A stretch of DNA of 64,000 nt, from NCBI RefSeq assembly GCF_035084215.1, contig NC_090331.1, positions 17,670,001 to 17,734,000 of the forward strand, read 5' to 3'. Numbering within the stretch: position 1 is the stretch's first letter; every line of letters starts with the position of its first letter. The position numbers and the translations under genes were made by a program. Positions 37,806-50,204 of the stretch are shown piece by piece. Under the pieces are notes generated by a model. It worked only from the letters and a program-made list of their open reading frames with translations. It had not been told where the DNA came from and made no database searches. The DNA is from Heptranchias perlo. Its lineage: Eukaryota.

Positions 37806-39556
37806 GGGGTCAATTTTAGGATGGCCGAGCGGGTGTGTTTGTGACGGGGGGTTCCTAAAATTGGGGAATCCCGGAGCGGGTCCGGAGCCCGGCTCCAACC
37901 CGCCCACTTCCGGGTTCCCCAATGACGCAAATCGGTGCGGGTGCAGCCCCCGCTGCGGGACTCCCACCGGCAATTAAAGCCGGCGGGACGACATTTTAGA
38001 TAGTTAGGGAGGTACTTGAGATCGTTGACAGACCTCATTGGGAAGAGATTTTAGCAGGGATGTGATTTTGGACTCTCTTCAGCGTGTTTCCCAGGCTGTG
38101 GGAAACACTCCCTGTTGTTGCAGACGTGTTTCAGTCAGCAGCCATTGGGAGATGCAGAGGATTCCTTGACAGTAGGGTGGAATACCTCATTCATTGTAGC
38201 AGGGCACTCTGTCACCTCAGACAAAGTTTCGCCTGCCACACCGTTGTCTCCACATTCAAAATTATTACATCATACCCTAAATTCTGCTGTCCAAACACAT
38301 TTACCTACTTTGCGGACCCCCTCACACTCACACCGTCAGGATTGGGGGGGGGGCGGGGGGTCCATAGCTGCATTCATCACTCCATTGGAGGACGAGCAAC
38401 ATCACCAGCCTCACCCGGTATGCCATCCACCTCCGCCAGGTGGGGTTACACAACACAGTGCTGCGCAACAGGCACCTGCACAAAGTAGTCGTGCAACTAC
38501 ACATACACCCACTGTAGGGTGACCCAATGGATGGCATCAAGGGTATTCATGGAGAACCTCATGAAAGGGCCTTATTGGACAAGCCAGTCAAGAATGGCCA
38601 AGACGTGGCAGTAGTGGTGACAATATAATATGTAATGTGAGTTGATCAGAAATCAAATCTAAGTAAAAACCATGACAAACCCTCAAACACCCTTGTGCAT
38701 CCCCTTCATGCTCACGACACATTTGCCTTATGCTTCCTACTACACATACATGATGCATGCCCTGTGGCTGCAGCACAGGTAGTGGCAGGTGGGGTGAGGC
38801 TGGCCGTGAAAGAGATGCATGAGAGGGTGAGTATGAGACAGAGCCATGAGATTGTATGAGGATTGTGTTGAGTGGTAATGGTGGGATGAGTACTCGGGAG
38901 GTGAGGAAGTGCAGGTAAGATGAGGATGAGGGTTCAGTGGGTGTGAGGAGTGATGTGATAGAGTAGTGTTGGCAGTGTAGAAGGAGATGTGGGGTGGGGC
39001 GGTGATGTGGCAGACGGAGTGTAGGGGAATGAGTAAGAGTACTCACTTCGGCTGACCTGGTTAGGTCATTAAAGTGCCTCCTGCACTGTATGCGGGTGCA
39101 TGATATGTTGGTGGTGCTGGTGACCTCCTCTGCCACCTCAGGCCAGGCCTTCTTAGTGGCAGAGGCAGGCCACTTCCTCCTGTCCGCTGGGTGGAAGATC
39201 TCCCTCCTCCTCCTCCTCCTCCTCACCCTATCCAATAGGACCTGGAGTGAGGCATCATTAAACCTGGGAGAAGCCTTCCCCCTGGGCTGCTCCATGCTGT
39301 AATTTTGCCTATTTTCTGCAGCATCAGTCAGTGGAGGACCGCCCCTTTAAATAGGGCTCCTCCAGCTGACAGCCTATGATGCGGGTGCGCAGTCCGCCTG
39401 CTGCGCAGCTTTCCAGCGTGAAACCCGGAAGCCAAGTTAAGAGGCTTTAATTTACTTACAATCGCGTGCCAAAACCCACCGATTTCACTGGGCACATTAC
39501 CCATGCACCCAGTCGACCCCCCACTGCCAACCCGCCTCCCTCTTAATATCGAGCCC
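37806..39556 (-). mobile_element. PIF/Harbinger-type non-autonomous DNA transposon retaining a Myb/SANT-like exon
   Basis: Imperfect TIRs (GGGGTCAATTTTA vs reverse complement GGGCTCGATATTA) and a 3-bp TSD CTT. Removing it restores the CR1 reading GYK-VFRKDR. Confidence 0.8.
39047..39295 (-). pseudogene. Transposon-borne Myb/SANT-like (trihelix, NAIF1-like) DNA-binding domain exon
   Basis: MEQPRGKASPRFNDASLQVLLDRV...KKAWPEVAEEV...IQCRRHFNDL, ending at a GTGAGT donor (39046-39041). TATTTAAA lies at 39353-39346 upstream. Confidence 0.7.
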
Positions 39557-40767
39557 CTTGTATCCAGGAATATTTAGTACCCAATCCTGCCCTTTTTTGA
39601 GCCAGGTCTCCGTTATCACCACTACACCATATTCCCATGTGGCTATTTGTGCCTGCAGTTCACCAACCTTATTTACCAAGCTTCGAGCGTTTACATACAT
39701 GCTCTCTAAATCTATCTTAGACCTTCTCGTATTTTCTCTTAGTCTGATCCCACCTAATACCTTACTATTTCTGATTCTAGCACTATCTGTCTCCCCCAAT
39801 CCTTTGTGCACCTTGTTTCTCCTTTCTAATGTTAAATCCTGGTGCCCATCCCCCTGCCAAATTAGTTTAAACCTTCCCCCACAGCACTAGTGTACCTCCC
39901 CGCGAGGACATTGGTCCCAGCTTTGTTGGGGTGCAACCCGTCCGGCTTGTACAGGTCCCTCCTGCCCCAGAACTGGACCCAATGTCCCATAAATCTGAAG
40001 CCCTCACTCTTGCACCATGTTTCTAGCCATGCATTAACCTGCCTTATCTTCCTATTTCTGTACTTACTAACGCGTGGCACTGGGAGTAATCCAAAGATTA
40101 CTAGAGGAATTCAAAGCCAAATAGGAAGAAATGCTTTGCCTGTTACAATTTTGTAAAAATGGAGGGGACAATTTCCTCTGGCTTCTGTGTATTAGAAACA
40201 TTGAAAATACAATGGGAAGATTTTCTTAACTATTTCTTGAAAAAACATAAAAGGAATTGAAAAGATATGCCCCAGGGTATCCCTGTGTGACTTGTCTTTC
40301 AATTTTTCTTTTTTCCTAATAGGATAGAGCCTGTGGGCCAAACCTCTGTGGCTCTTCTGAAGTCTCCCATTGTAACTTTGGTAGGAATACACTAGAAGGG
40401 ATGTAAATCAGGCCAGGACCCAGATATGCCAGTTCCCTGCCTTATGTTGGGAGTTCTAGCATGGCATATTAGGGATGAAGTTTCTGCCCATCCCAAACAA
40501 GGCTGTTGACATGAGGGGGAGCAGGCTGAGGGTGGGGACTCCCTATGCCAGGAGTTCCCATGTTCCCAGCCTTTAGTTGGGGTATGGTCAGCAGAGGTAT
40601 GCCTACTGAGACCAGGCATCATTAAAAAGTATTTCTGCATTGTCCCAGTCACTTGTACTTATTTGTTACACCACAGTGTACCATTCTAATAATCATAACA
40701 CAAGCCAGTCACTATGAACCAGACAATTCTTGTGCTTGATGTAATGTAGAACCCATCTTGCTTTGCA

Positions 40768-41125
40768 AACATGCAAACATACAAAATTGATGGGCAGGAA
40801 AAGACCAGTTGGTCCATCAAGCCTGCCCCACACCTCATGATGGCTTGAGGATCGCGTCTAGACACTTCCTTCCCCGCCCCACCCACCATCCCCCGCCGCC
40901 ATGTGATCACCTGGGAGAGGCAAAAAAACAGAAGAAAAACCCGGGGCCAATAAGGGAAAAAATATTCTGGAAAATTCCTCTCCGACCCCCTCAAGCGATC
41001 GAAACAAGTCCAGGAGATCACGTGGAGCAAGTATTATCTATAAAGACACCTTCCATATGATGCGATCTCCGCCTCAGTCAGGAACCAGTCCAGCTCCCTC
41101 TTGACGGCATACAGAGAGTCAGCAC
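40768..41125 (-). mobile_element. CR1-type 3' end with long 3' UTR
   Basis: The minus strand reads ADSLYAVKRELDWFL, followed by a 3' UTR ending in gatggaccaactggtc...(atgtttgc)n. Confidence 0.65.
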
Positions 41126-43056
41126 CTTTTTTAATGGTATCCTTGCTCGAGGTACATTACAACAATGAATTTTGGCACTCGTGGATGATAGCTATGAAGG
41201 GAAACTGCTTGGAGAGCCACCTTTAAAATAGACAATACCTATTGTAAAATTAAAACATGTATTTCACACTAAGACCATAAACAGACTTTATGCATTTACA
41301 TACTTTGATTCTTTCAGGGCAACAGGGCTGACCTCAATGTTTGACCCAGAACCAAATAGACTGATCCAGTCTATATTATCCAGACTTAGTTCTTTGATAA
41401 ATGGATCATACATTGAACAGATTTAATGATCTTGCAGGATTAGACTATTATTAACATGTGAATTGAAATATTGTAACTATTGGGTGAAAAATTGTTGTCA
41501 CACATATCTCAATTAGGTACTCTGAAGTAAGGGGGTCCAGGGCACAAGCTTAACTAAGTTGTAAAATCCTATTAAAGCTATCTCCATGTCTGGACGGCAT
41601 GACCATTCTGTATAGTGCAGTAAACTATATTAACTAAATATTCGGATTGTGATACAGCACGTCATTGTTTACTAAACTGAGGAAGCCTACTTGGCAACTC
41701 AGTCAAATTATAAGCGACTGGAGTCAGAATCTTAGGCAATTAGCCTAATGAACAAATTTCCAAACCAATGCCTTTAACCGCAGTGACCAGCTGCAGTAAA
41801 ACTGCCTTAATAAACCCTTAAACCAGATACAATTCAGATCCTGGTTTGGATTAGATTTACAGAGCGGTTGTTCCCTTCTGTTTACAGCATATCTCTTAAT
41901 TGGGATTAATAAATGACCTTCCGCTTAATTTCGATGTTTGGAGAGGTAATGGAAACTATTGGCAGGGCCACAGATTAGAAAATAGACTAAGATTCAAATC
42001 ATCCCTCCTATAAAAGTTAGAGGTAACTAATCGCGGTAGCAAAGTAGCTAATTCAAAAAGTGCTGGTACATGGCCCAATACAGATTAAAATCACAAAGCA
42101 AACAGGTTTAGTGAGTACTACACACAGAGCTGGGTGAGATGTAAATAAATATGAGAGCAAAGGAAGATATGATGGCTTAACAGCTCATACAGGTGCTTGG
42201 CACGCTGTATCATGGGCTGGCACTGGATGTAAAAGAAATATCAGGACTATTAGAAAAATCACTTGGGCAATTTGCAGCTGTAATAATGTTTATAAAGCAA
42301 CGTGGCAGCTTAGTTATCTGTAATTCTTCCTCTCTGCATGGTATTAACACAGTATAGTCATTGCTCTAATTAAACATTGTAAAACTTTAATTGCTGCATT
42401 AGGGTTGAAGCCGCTTAAGATCAGTTGATAAGATAAAATCCCGCCTTAAAATCAAATATTTCTCACTTAGAAATAAAACACTTCTATTCACTGCAAACTA
42501 TAAGTGTTAATACTTACAGTCAAGTCTGCAAAATTCTACTTAGGAACTAATTTACATTTTTAAACCATAGTCATTAGGGACAAATTGCCAGCTCTCCTAC
42601 TTAAACGACAATAATACATGAGTTAAATCGCTGCAAGAATTGAGTCTTCAAATCAAATCATCACATAATTATTTAATACTGACACAGTCTAATCAGTGAA
42701 CACTGACACAGTATGATAAATTACCACCAACTAAACTAAAATGAAAGATTTTTCCTCATGCTGCAGTTAACAGATTTTGTACCCAAAATGCAATTTTCCC
42801 ATCTGCTGGGGTGCTTTTTGAATTGGATATTAATTATGATAATAAGCTGTTTTCTGGGTTTACCCATGGGATTGCAGTTAATATAATGTTCACTGAAGTC
42901 ATTTTTTTAGTGGAGGCTCAAAATGACGGGCACCCTTTTGCAGCATCAGTCTTTTCTTCCTCCTGCAATGACATAGAATTACATAGAATGATGGGATAGT
43001 CTAACTGTTTGGAGTCCTGATTCCAGAATTATTGAACCTGTCAATGTTAGAAATCA

Positions 43057-43574
43057 GGGGCTTTAAATTCTATTGAGCCTTGAGCAGAACCAGGGTGGAT
43101 CACCCCACAGGAGACCATGAAAATTGGGCAGAACCTGGTTCTGCTGGGATTTTGCCCCATGTTTTCCTTTTTGCCATTTTCCAGTGGACAGTGGAATGCC
43201 CTGGCTGGATCTCTGCCCTCTCCCTATGTCAAACTGGCATGCTTGAGGGAGCCCCCAGGCTAAAGGGTGCCCTTTACACCCTAAAACTGCCTCAGCAGAA
43301 CTTTTGTCAGCTGAAACGTGACATGAGTCCCACTGAGGCAGCAGAATAGGTCCTCAACCTCGCCAGAAGTAAGATCATCAATCGCAGAGGGCATCGGTCA
43401 CCTTAATTTACATATTAATGGCTCTTCTGCCTGGAAATTGGCCCTGCCCTGACCATGCTAATGACCTCATCCCTGAAAGTTGGAATGGGATCTTGGCCTT
43501 CGCTTTGGATGGCCATGACTTTTGCTCCATTGTACATGCATCAGTGGAGCAAATTCATCAGAATTTCAGTCCCC
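43057..43574. mobile_element. Degenerate MITE
   Basis: Ends ggggctttaaattct and agaatttcagtcccc give a 12/15 inverted match around a GC-richer interior. Confidence 0.5.
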
Positions 43575-43608
43575 AAGGCTTTAACTTTTGGTTAACACAT
43601 TCACATAA

Positions 43609-44034
43609 GGTGTCAGCCTTGTGTGGTAGCACTTACAGCTCTGAGTTAGAAACTCGTGGGTTCAAGCCCCTAATCCAGAGACATGAACATATAATCTAGG
43701 CTGGCACTTTAGTGCAGTACAGAGGGTGTGCTGCAGAGGTGCCATCTTTTGGATGAAATGTTAAACTAAGGTCCCGTCTGCCCACTCAGGTGGATGTAAA
43801 AGATTCCTCGGCACTATTCAAAGAAGAACAGGGGAGGTCTCACGGTACCCTGGCCAATATCTGTCCCTCAATCAACACCTAAAAAAACACGATGATCTGG
43901 TCATTTATTTCATTGCTGCCGCATTTCTTACATTACAACAGTGACTACACTTCAAAAGTACTTAATTGGCTGCAAAGCGTTTTGAGACGTCCTGAGGTCG
44001 TTATATAAATGCAAGCCTTTCTTTCTTTTCTTTT
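43609..44034 (+). mobile_element. Deu-domain tRNA-derived SINE, near full length
   Basis: Head gtgtcagcc...gggttcaagccc, Deu-type core and L2-type tail with (CTTT)n. TSD acataa at 43603-43608 and 44035-44040. Confidence 0.82.
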
Positions 44035-44063
44035 ACATAAAATTTTGGGCTACTTAAAATAAA

Positions 44064-44307
44064 ACAATTGTAAACAATTTTACAACACCAAGTTATAGTC
44101 CAGCAATTTTATTTTAAATTCACAAGCTTTCGGAGATTTTCTCCTTCCTCAGGCAAATGTTTCAAGATCTCCTTGAAGCATTTGCCTGAGGAAGGAGAAA
44201 ATCTCCGAAAGCTTGTGAATTTAAAATAAAATTGCTGGACTATAACTTGGTGTTGTAAAATTGTTTACAATTGTCAACCCCAGTCCATCACCGGCATCTC
44301 CACATCA
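44064..44307 (+). mobile_element. PLE terminus, PLE family A, as a 103-bp near-perfect palindrome plus 33-nt tail
   Basis: Arms 44064-44166 and 44172-44274 have 1 mismatch around a 5-nt spacer. TSD taaaataaa(aca) at 44055-44066 and 44308-44319. Confidence 0.88.
44180..44220 (+). ncRNA. Minimal type I hammerhead ribozyme motif (mirror copy on the minus strand at 44118-44158)
   Basis: AUUUGC-CUGAGGA-A-GGAGA-aaa-UCUCC-GAAA-GC-UU-GUGAAU has canonical CUGANGA and GAAA cores, stem I with two G-U pairs, stem II and the palindrome AAGCUU. Confidence 0.8.
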
Positions 44308-44389
44308 TAAAATAAAACAGATTAATGACTGTTTTAAAACAGAGGATAAAGAAATTTTGCTTGAACGCATTAACTGGTGCCACTTTCAG

Positions 44390-44640
44390 ATGACTCAGAG
44401 GGTGGTGAACCTGAGGAATTCTCTACCACAGAAGCCAGTGGAGGCCAAGTCATTAGATGTATTCAAGAAGGAGGAGATAGATATATTTCTTAATGCTAAA
44501 GGGATCAAGGGATATGGGGAAAAAGCGGGAACAGGGTACTGAGTTAGATGATCAGCCATGATCATTTTGAATGGAGGAGCAGGCCCGAAGGGCCGAATGG
44601 CCTACTCTTGCTCCTATTTTCTATGTTTCTATGTTTCTAT
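44390..44640 (+). mobile_element. CR1 3' end
   Basis: TQRVVNLRNSLPQKPVEAKSL; gggccgaatggcc stem-loop; (tttctatg)n tail. Confidence 0.9.
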
Positions 44641-45918
44641 AAATTAAATCCTAAGGTCAATAAAATAGATTTTTTTTAAGCGTTACTTTAAAAAAATAGC
44701 AAACATAAAACAAAAAAGCTGCCAGAGAGAATTTGTTCATTAAATAACTAAAGTTTTAGTGGCAGATAGTTAGCGTTGGTAATTTTATCATCTGGAATAT
44801 GGTATATACTGGAATATATCAGTGCAGGTGACAAGGTATTAATACCACCCTGCATATGATGGCATAGGTTTAACACAGGGTTAACACATAACTGCCCAGG
44901 AACTAAAAAGACCATGTAAACTAATTATAAGAGGGTGGATCCAATTAATTGAAGCTATGCTGCATTTGAAAAAAATAAAATAGTATGTCACCAGTACTAT
45001 AGTTACATGTAAACCACGGTCTATTCATGTCAACTGATTTAATGCAATATTTTCTAAGTTAGATTCATTAGAATTTACAACATAAAGTGTGCACACCATG
45101 CTGATGTATGTGGAGTCATTACGAAGCAATATTGTTAAGTTTCGCTCTCATTGTTGCATGGTACACAATATGTGCAATGAAACTACTTACACTGCATTAT
45201 GTTAGTACATTATTCTGACACATTTCAAATAGAGATGGTACTTCAATATGGTCCGATCCAAAAATTTGCCCATTTTTACTGGAGGTTGGATTTAGAGACT
45301 GTTGGAAACCTCAGGACAACTACATAGGTTACCATTCTGGCCATGGACCTTCTGCGATGCCAAGAGATAATCTGTGCCAGCTGGCAATCTGAACATTACA
45401 TTGCTGGCCCGCGTGGGTCGGCTTCAGGCTCAGTGGGCAGAACAATATATACTGACTCAGATGACTAATGCCACTGGCAATGCTGTGCCTCCAAGAGATA
45501 GGGAATTGCACCCCCTGGTGATGTGGTGGTCTATATCCCCGGGAGATGTGTATGCCACTTCATTCATATTACAGGATAAACCAATGGTTTCTTTATGTTG
45601 GTGCCCACAATGGCATCAGCACTCACTGTTTAACAAAAATATTCCAAAAAAAAGTTAAGAAAAATAGAGAGAAAAGCTCAAAAGTACTTTGCTCCAATTG
45701 AACTTCTTCCACAGTTATTTGTCATTTAATTCCATTAATTTGCATTAAATCTGTACCTTTGATAACCATATCCTATTGCCCATACTCATCCCGACATTGT
45801 AGATAGTGCTGGTGCTGCCTGACTGTGCAAAGGGAAACACTCCAACCCACCAAGACTACAAAAATGGTTTAATAACACTCAGATCTGTAGTGGTGGAACA
45901 TTTACAGGGTTGGTATTC

Positions 45919-47165
45919 ATAAGAACAAAAGAACATAAGAGTAGGAGCAGGAGTAGGCCATACGGCTCCTTGAGCCTACTCCGCCATTCAATCAGATCAT
46001 GGCTGATCTTTGACCTCAACTCTACTTTCCCGCCCGATCCTCATATCCCTTGATTTCCCTAGAGTCCAAAAATCTGTCGCTCTCAGCCTTGAATATATTC
46101 AATGACACAGCATCCACAGCCCTCTGGAGTGAAGAATTCCAAAGATTCACAACCCTCTGCTTGAAGAAATTCCTCCTCATCTCAGTCTTGAATGGCCGAC
46201 CCCTTATCCTGCGACTATGCCCGCTAGTTCTAGACTCTCTAGCCAGGGGAAACAATCTCTCAGTATCCACCCTGTGAAGCCCCTAACAATCTTATATGTT
46301 TCAATGAGATTACCTCTCATTCTTCTAAATTCCAGACAGAATAGGCCCATTTTACTCAACCTCTCCTCATAGGACAACCCTCTCATCCCAGGAATTAATC
46401 TGGTGAACCTTTGTTGTACTGCCTCTAAGGCAAGTATATCCTTCCTTAGATAAGGAGACCAAAACTGTTCGCAGTACTCCAAGTGAGATCTCACTAAAGC
46501 CCTGTACAACTATAGTAAGACTTCCTTACTCTTGTACTCCAATCCCCTTGCAATAAAGGCTAACATGCCATTTGCTTTCCTAATTGCCCGCTGTACTTGC
46601 ATACTAACTTTTTGTGTTTCTTGTACGAGGACACCCGAGTCTCTCTGAATACCAACATTTAATAGTTTCTCACCATTTAAAAAATATTTTCTTTTTCTAT
46701 TCTTCTTATCAAAGTGAATAACCTCACATTTCCCCACATTATACTCCATCTGCCACCTTCTTGCCCACTCACTTAACCTGTCTATATCCCTTTGCAGACT
46801 CTTTGTGTCCTCCTCACAGCTTACTTTCCCACCTAGCTTTGTATCGTCAGCAAACTTCGATACATTACACTCGGTCCCTTCATCTAAGTCATTAATATAG
46901 ATTGTAAATAACTGATCCTTGCAGCACCCTACTAGTTACAGCCTGCCAACCTGAGAATGACCCATTTATCCTTACTCTCTGTTTTCTGTCCATTAGCCAC
47001 GCCTCTATCCATGCTAGTATGTTACCCCGAACCCCATGAGCCCTTATCTTGTGTAACAACCTTTTATGTGGCACCTTATCGGATGCCTTTTGAAAATCCA
47101 AATATACTACAACCACTGATTCCCCTTTATCTACCCTGCTAGTTACATCCTCAAAAAACTCTAAT
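45919..47165 (-). mobile_element. 5'-truncated CR1 LINE
   Basis: LDFQKASDKVPH, KFADD, HLEYCEQFWSPY and FFKQRVVNLWNS on the minus strand; tail cataagaac. Confidence 0.93.
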
Positions 47166-47689
47166 AACTCTTTAGTTACCAATCACTGTAGTGGAATTGC
47201 TAATATTGTGATTCTATCACTAATACTCTACCTATATAAAATAAATAATAGTTTTAAAAAACAATTTGTTTGATTAAAAAATAATAATTAATTTTAAACA
47301 GATCAGCACTCTTGCTACCCTGTCAGGCATTGACACTTTCAATGTAGGTGGGCTCAGCAGGCTGCTTTTGCACAATCCCACCCATCTGTATCATGATCCC
47401 ACTCCTGCGATCAACACACACATGCTATAAATCAGCCTTTTTAGGTCCCGTAGAATAGTGGCTGCTGAATGACTGAAATACAAGCAAGTTAGAAAAATCT
47501 AAAAAGACAAAGATTATGAAGAGGCCCTTCCATTGAGGCCAATATACTGTAGCTCCTTTGCAGAAAATGTACCTTCTATACACAAGCAAAAATATTTCAA
47601 AAACTGTAGTCTCAATCCAGTGCTGAGCCCACAGATTTGGCACTAACTGGCAGTCTAATTCAGAAAGGCTACAAGATGGCTGGTGTGGG

Positions 47690-48090
47690 AAATGGAAAAT
47701 GGCACAATGCTTCAGTAGGTGTTGATTTTCTACGGTTAATTTTTAAAAAAATGAGGTCCTCTTTTGCAAATGCCTTCATGGCCCTTCTCCACCCTACCCC
47801 TGCATCCTCCTCCAGCTCTATGTTCCAGTTTGCACTCTCCACTTTTTTGAATCTGGACGATTGTCATCCTCTGCCCAACAGTGGTAGGGCTTTCAACCAT
47901 CACATCCATACCCTCCAGAAATCTCTTCGTAAATCTCTCCAAACTGCTTCATATTTTTCCACCTTCAAAATTATCTATCTCTTTAGTCACACCCTCTGTC
48001 ACCTCCCTTAACTCCCAATTCTGCAAGCATCTGATTTCCTCTCCATTTGCCCATTTGCAAAGCGCATGATATACTTTGCTACGTTAAAGC
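47690..48090 (+). mobile_element. Degenerate L2 3' fragment
   Basis: Resembles 54360-54700 (ttcatggcccttctcc...ggtagggctttcaacc...ctacgttaaag). Confidence 0.5.
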
Positions 48091-48771
48091 ACTTTGTTGG
48101 GGCAGAGTAGGGGGAACTTTGGTCTACATTTAAACATGCCATACCTGACCCTGGGTATGCAAAATATAAGGCATTCCATTCCCCAACAATAACATTCCTC
48201 ACCTTAATGAACAGAAAATTTACAACAACAAAAAATTCTGACTTTAGGGGACATATTTGATATTATACATCATGGGCAAGGACGTAATATGGAAAAGGTT
48301 ACCTACAGAATTCATCAAACATACAAGAACAGCAGTATGAGTACATTGACACTTCAATACCAGGCAATTTCTCCTTGGTATTAGAGTTTCAGCTGGAAGG
48401 TTGGTTGATTCCATTCAGCTCTTCTTTTTCTTCCTGTTATATGCATGTTCTTTGATAAATTATTAAAAGAAAAACTATACTTTGTGTAACACTGTAAGTG
48501 GTGGTATAATGAAGATGTGAACACTTTGGCCTCACTAAGAAAAGCTTCGCTGCTAGAGTGAATGAAGTACTCAGGTGTCACGGTAGAAATTCTAGCCTGC
48601 GTACACCTTATTCCAAGGAACAATATTGTGGTGTATTATTATAATACCTTGACTGTTAATAGATATGTGTGCAGATATGTGTGCATTGTACACCGTAAAG
48701 AAACAAATGCTTGGTCAGGAATATTTTTTGACTAACATTGTGGTGTAAAAATCCTACCTTTTTAAAAATTA

Positions 48772-49152
48772 ATTCTCAGGATATGGGCATTGCTGGCAAG
48801 GCTGGTATTTATTGCTCATCCCTAGATGCTCAAGCGATTTTGATATGACTGAATGGCTTGATTTGGTCACTTCAGAGAGTAGTTAAGAGTCAACCACATT
48901 GGTGTGAGCCTGGAGTCACATATAGGCCAGACCAGCTAAGGACAGCAGGTTTCCTTCCCAGAAGGACATCACTGAACCAGTTGGGTTTTTATGTCAATCT
49001 AACAGCATCATGGTCACTTTTACTGATACCAGCTTTTTATTTCCAGATTTTTAAAATCTGAATTCGAGTTCTCAAACCACCATGGTGGGATTTGAACTCA
49101 CGTTCTAGCTGGATTGTTAGTCCAGGCCTCTGAATTCCTAGTCCAGTAACAT
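48772..49152 (-). mobile_element. SINE family B copy
   Basis: Aligns with 6037-6472. The minus strand has A-box-like tagtgtagtag and the B-box gagttcaaatccc. Confidence 0.78.
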
Positions 49153-50204
49153 AACTACTACACTACAGTACTCTTGCATTATTATGTAATTATGCAGACA
49201 TCGTAATGCAGTCGTATCAACCGTCTTCATACATTTCAACCGTGGAATTGGATTGGGTTTTAGAGGTGTCAGTATGAATCGGCTTTCCAAACCTGAAGCA
49301 AACTCAGGAGCGATTCGCTCACACTTGCCGGAGTGTGAAAATTCTGTTAAATTATAAAAATTGAAAAGAAAAAGTAAAGCAACGAGTGTTGAAAATTCCC
49401 ACTTGAAATTTCAAAGAATTTTGGAACAAAATCAGTCGCATGTATCCCTTTATTCTAGACAATGCTACCCCATGTTGGGGAAAAAAACACTAAAAAAAAC
49501 ATTTTCTTGAGAGACAAAGGGTTAAGAGTTTTGACACATTGCCAGCATCCAGATCATCAAAAGAAACATTATCTCTTTAAAGCTCTTTATCATATAGTAG
49601 AATAGGAACTGAAGTTATTTCCTTTGAGGGGGAATATTTTTGACAAAGAGTTGCATTTGAGAAGAAATGCACTGAATTGTTTGAAAAAGAAAGAATTTAT
49701 TCCTTTGTGGTTTGCAGAGGGTGGGGATCCTTTGAACTATTAATGTGGTTAGTTAAGTGTATGTCTGAGTATTCAGTCCTCCATGTCCTACCTAATCCTA
49801 CTACATCGAATAATTTTCAACATTGTGGGCTGTGCTCAGATAAAGGAAAGGCGCAGGAATGATTTTTCAAAGATGACTATACCAAAAGGCACAGATTTAG
49901 CAAATGGGCTCTTATGTAGTTTTAAGAGTTCTTCTAGGATTTAAGTAATTGTTATATATTACATGGGGATATTACTTCACTATTCTCTTTGACAGAGCAG
50001 AAAAGAGGAAGGTAATAGCTATGTAATCTTTAAGCTAACTTCACATTAACTATGAGTCTCAATACAATCTCTTTTGATGTGATCTATTATTGTACACCAA
50101 TTTTATATTTCGACAGTTCACTCATAAACCATCTCCCCATTGTGTGCAGTTGGTTTGTGGGAAAGCTCAGCACGTGACGTTGCGTTATTTCACAAAAGTT
50201 TTTT

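Larger units (their letters stand above)
36256..40101 (-). mobile_element. CR1 5' portion (ORF1 esterase, endonuclease, early RT) split by a DNA transposon at 37806-39556
   Basis: The minus strand carries an SGNH-esterase-like ORF1 end (LYKPDGLHPNKAG), an APE endonuclease (YVNARSL...ITETWL...IPGYK|VFRKDREGKKGGG) and early RT (DGIHPKLL, SYRPVSLTS). Confidence 0.9.

Noticed and set aside
38588-39046. C-terminal 150 aa of the 235-aa minus ORF
   Set aside because: It is low-complexity read-through past a GTGAGT donor and is probably transposon intron.
43609-43680. tRNA-like sequences at SINE heads
   Set aside because: They are SINE promoters with degenerate cloverleafs, not tRNA genes.
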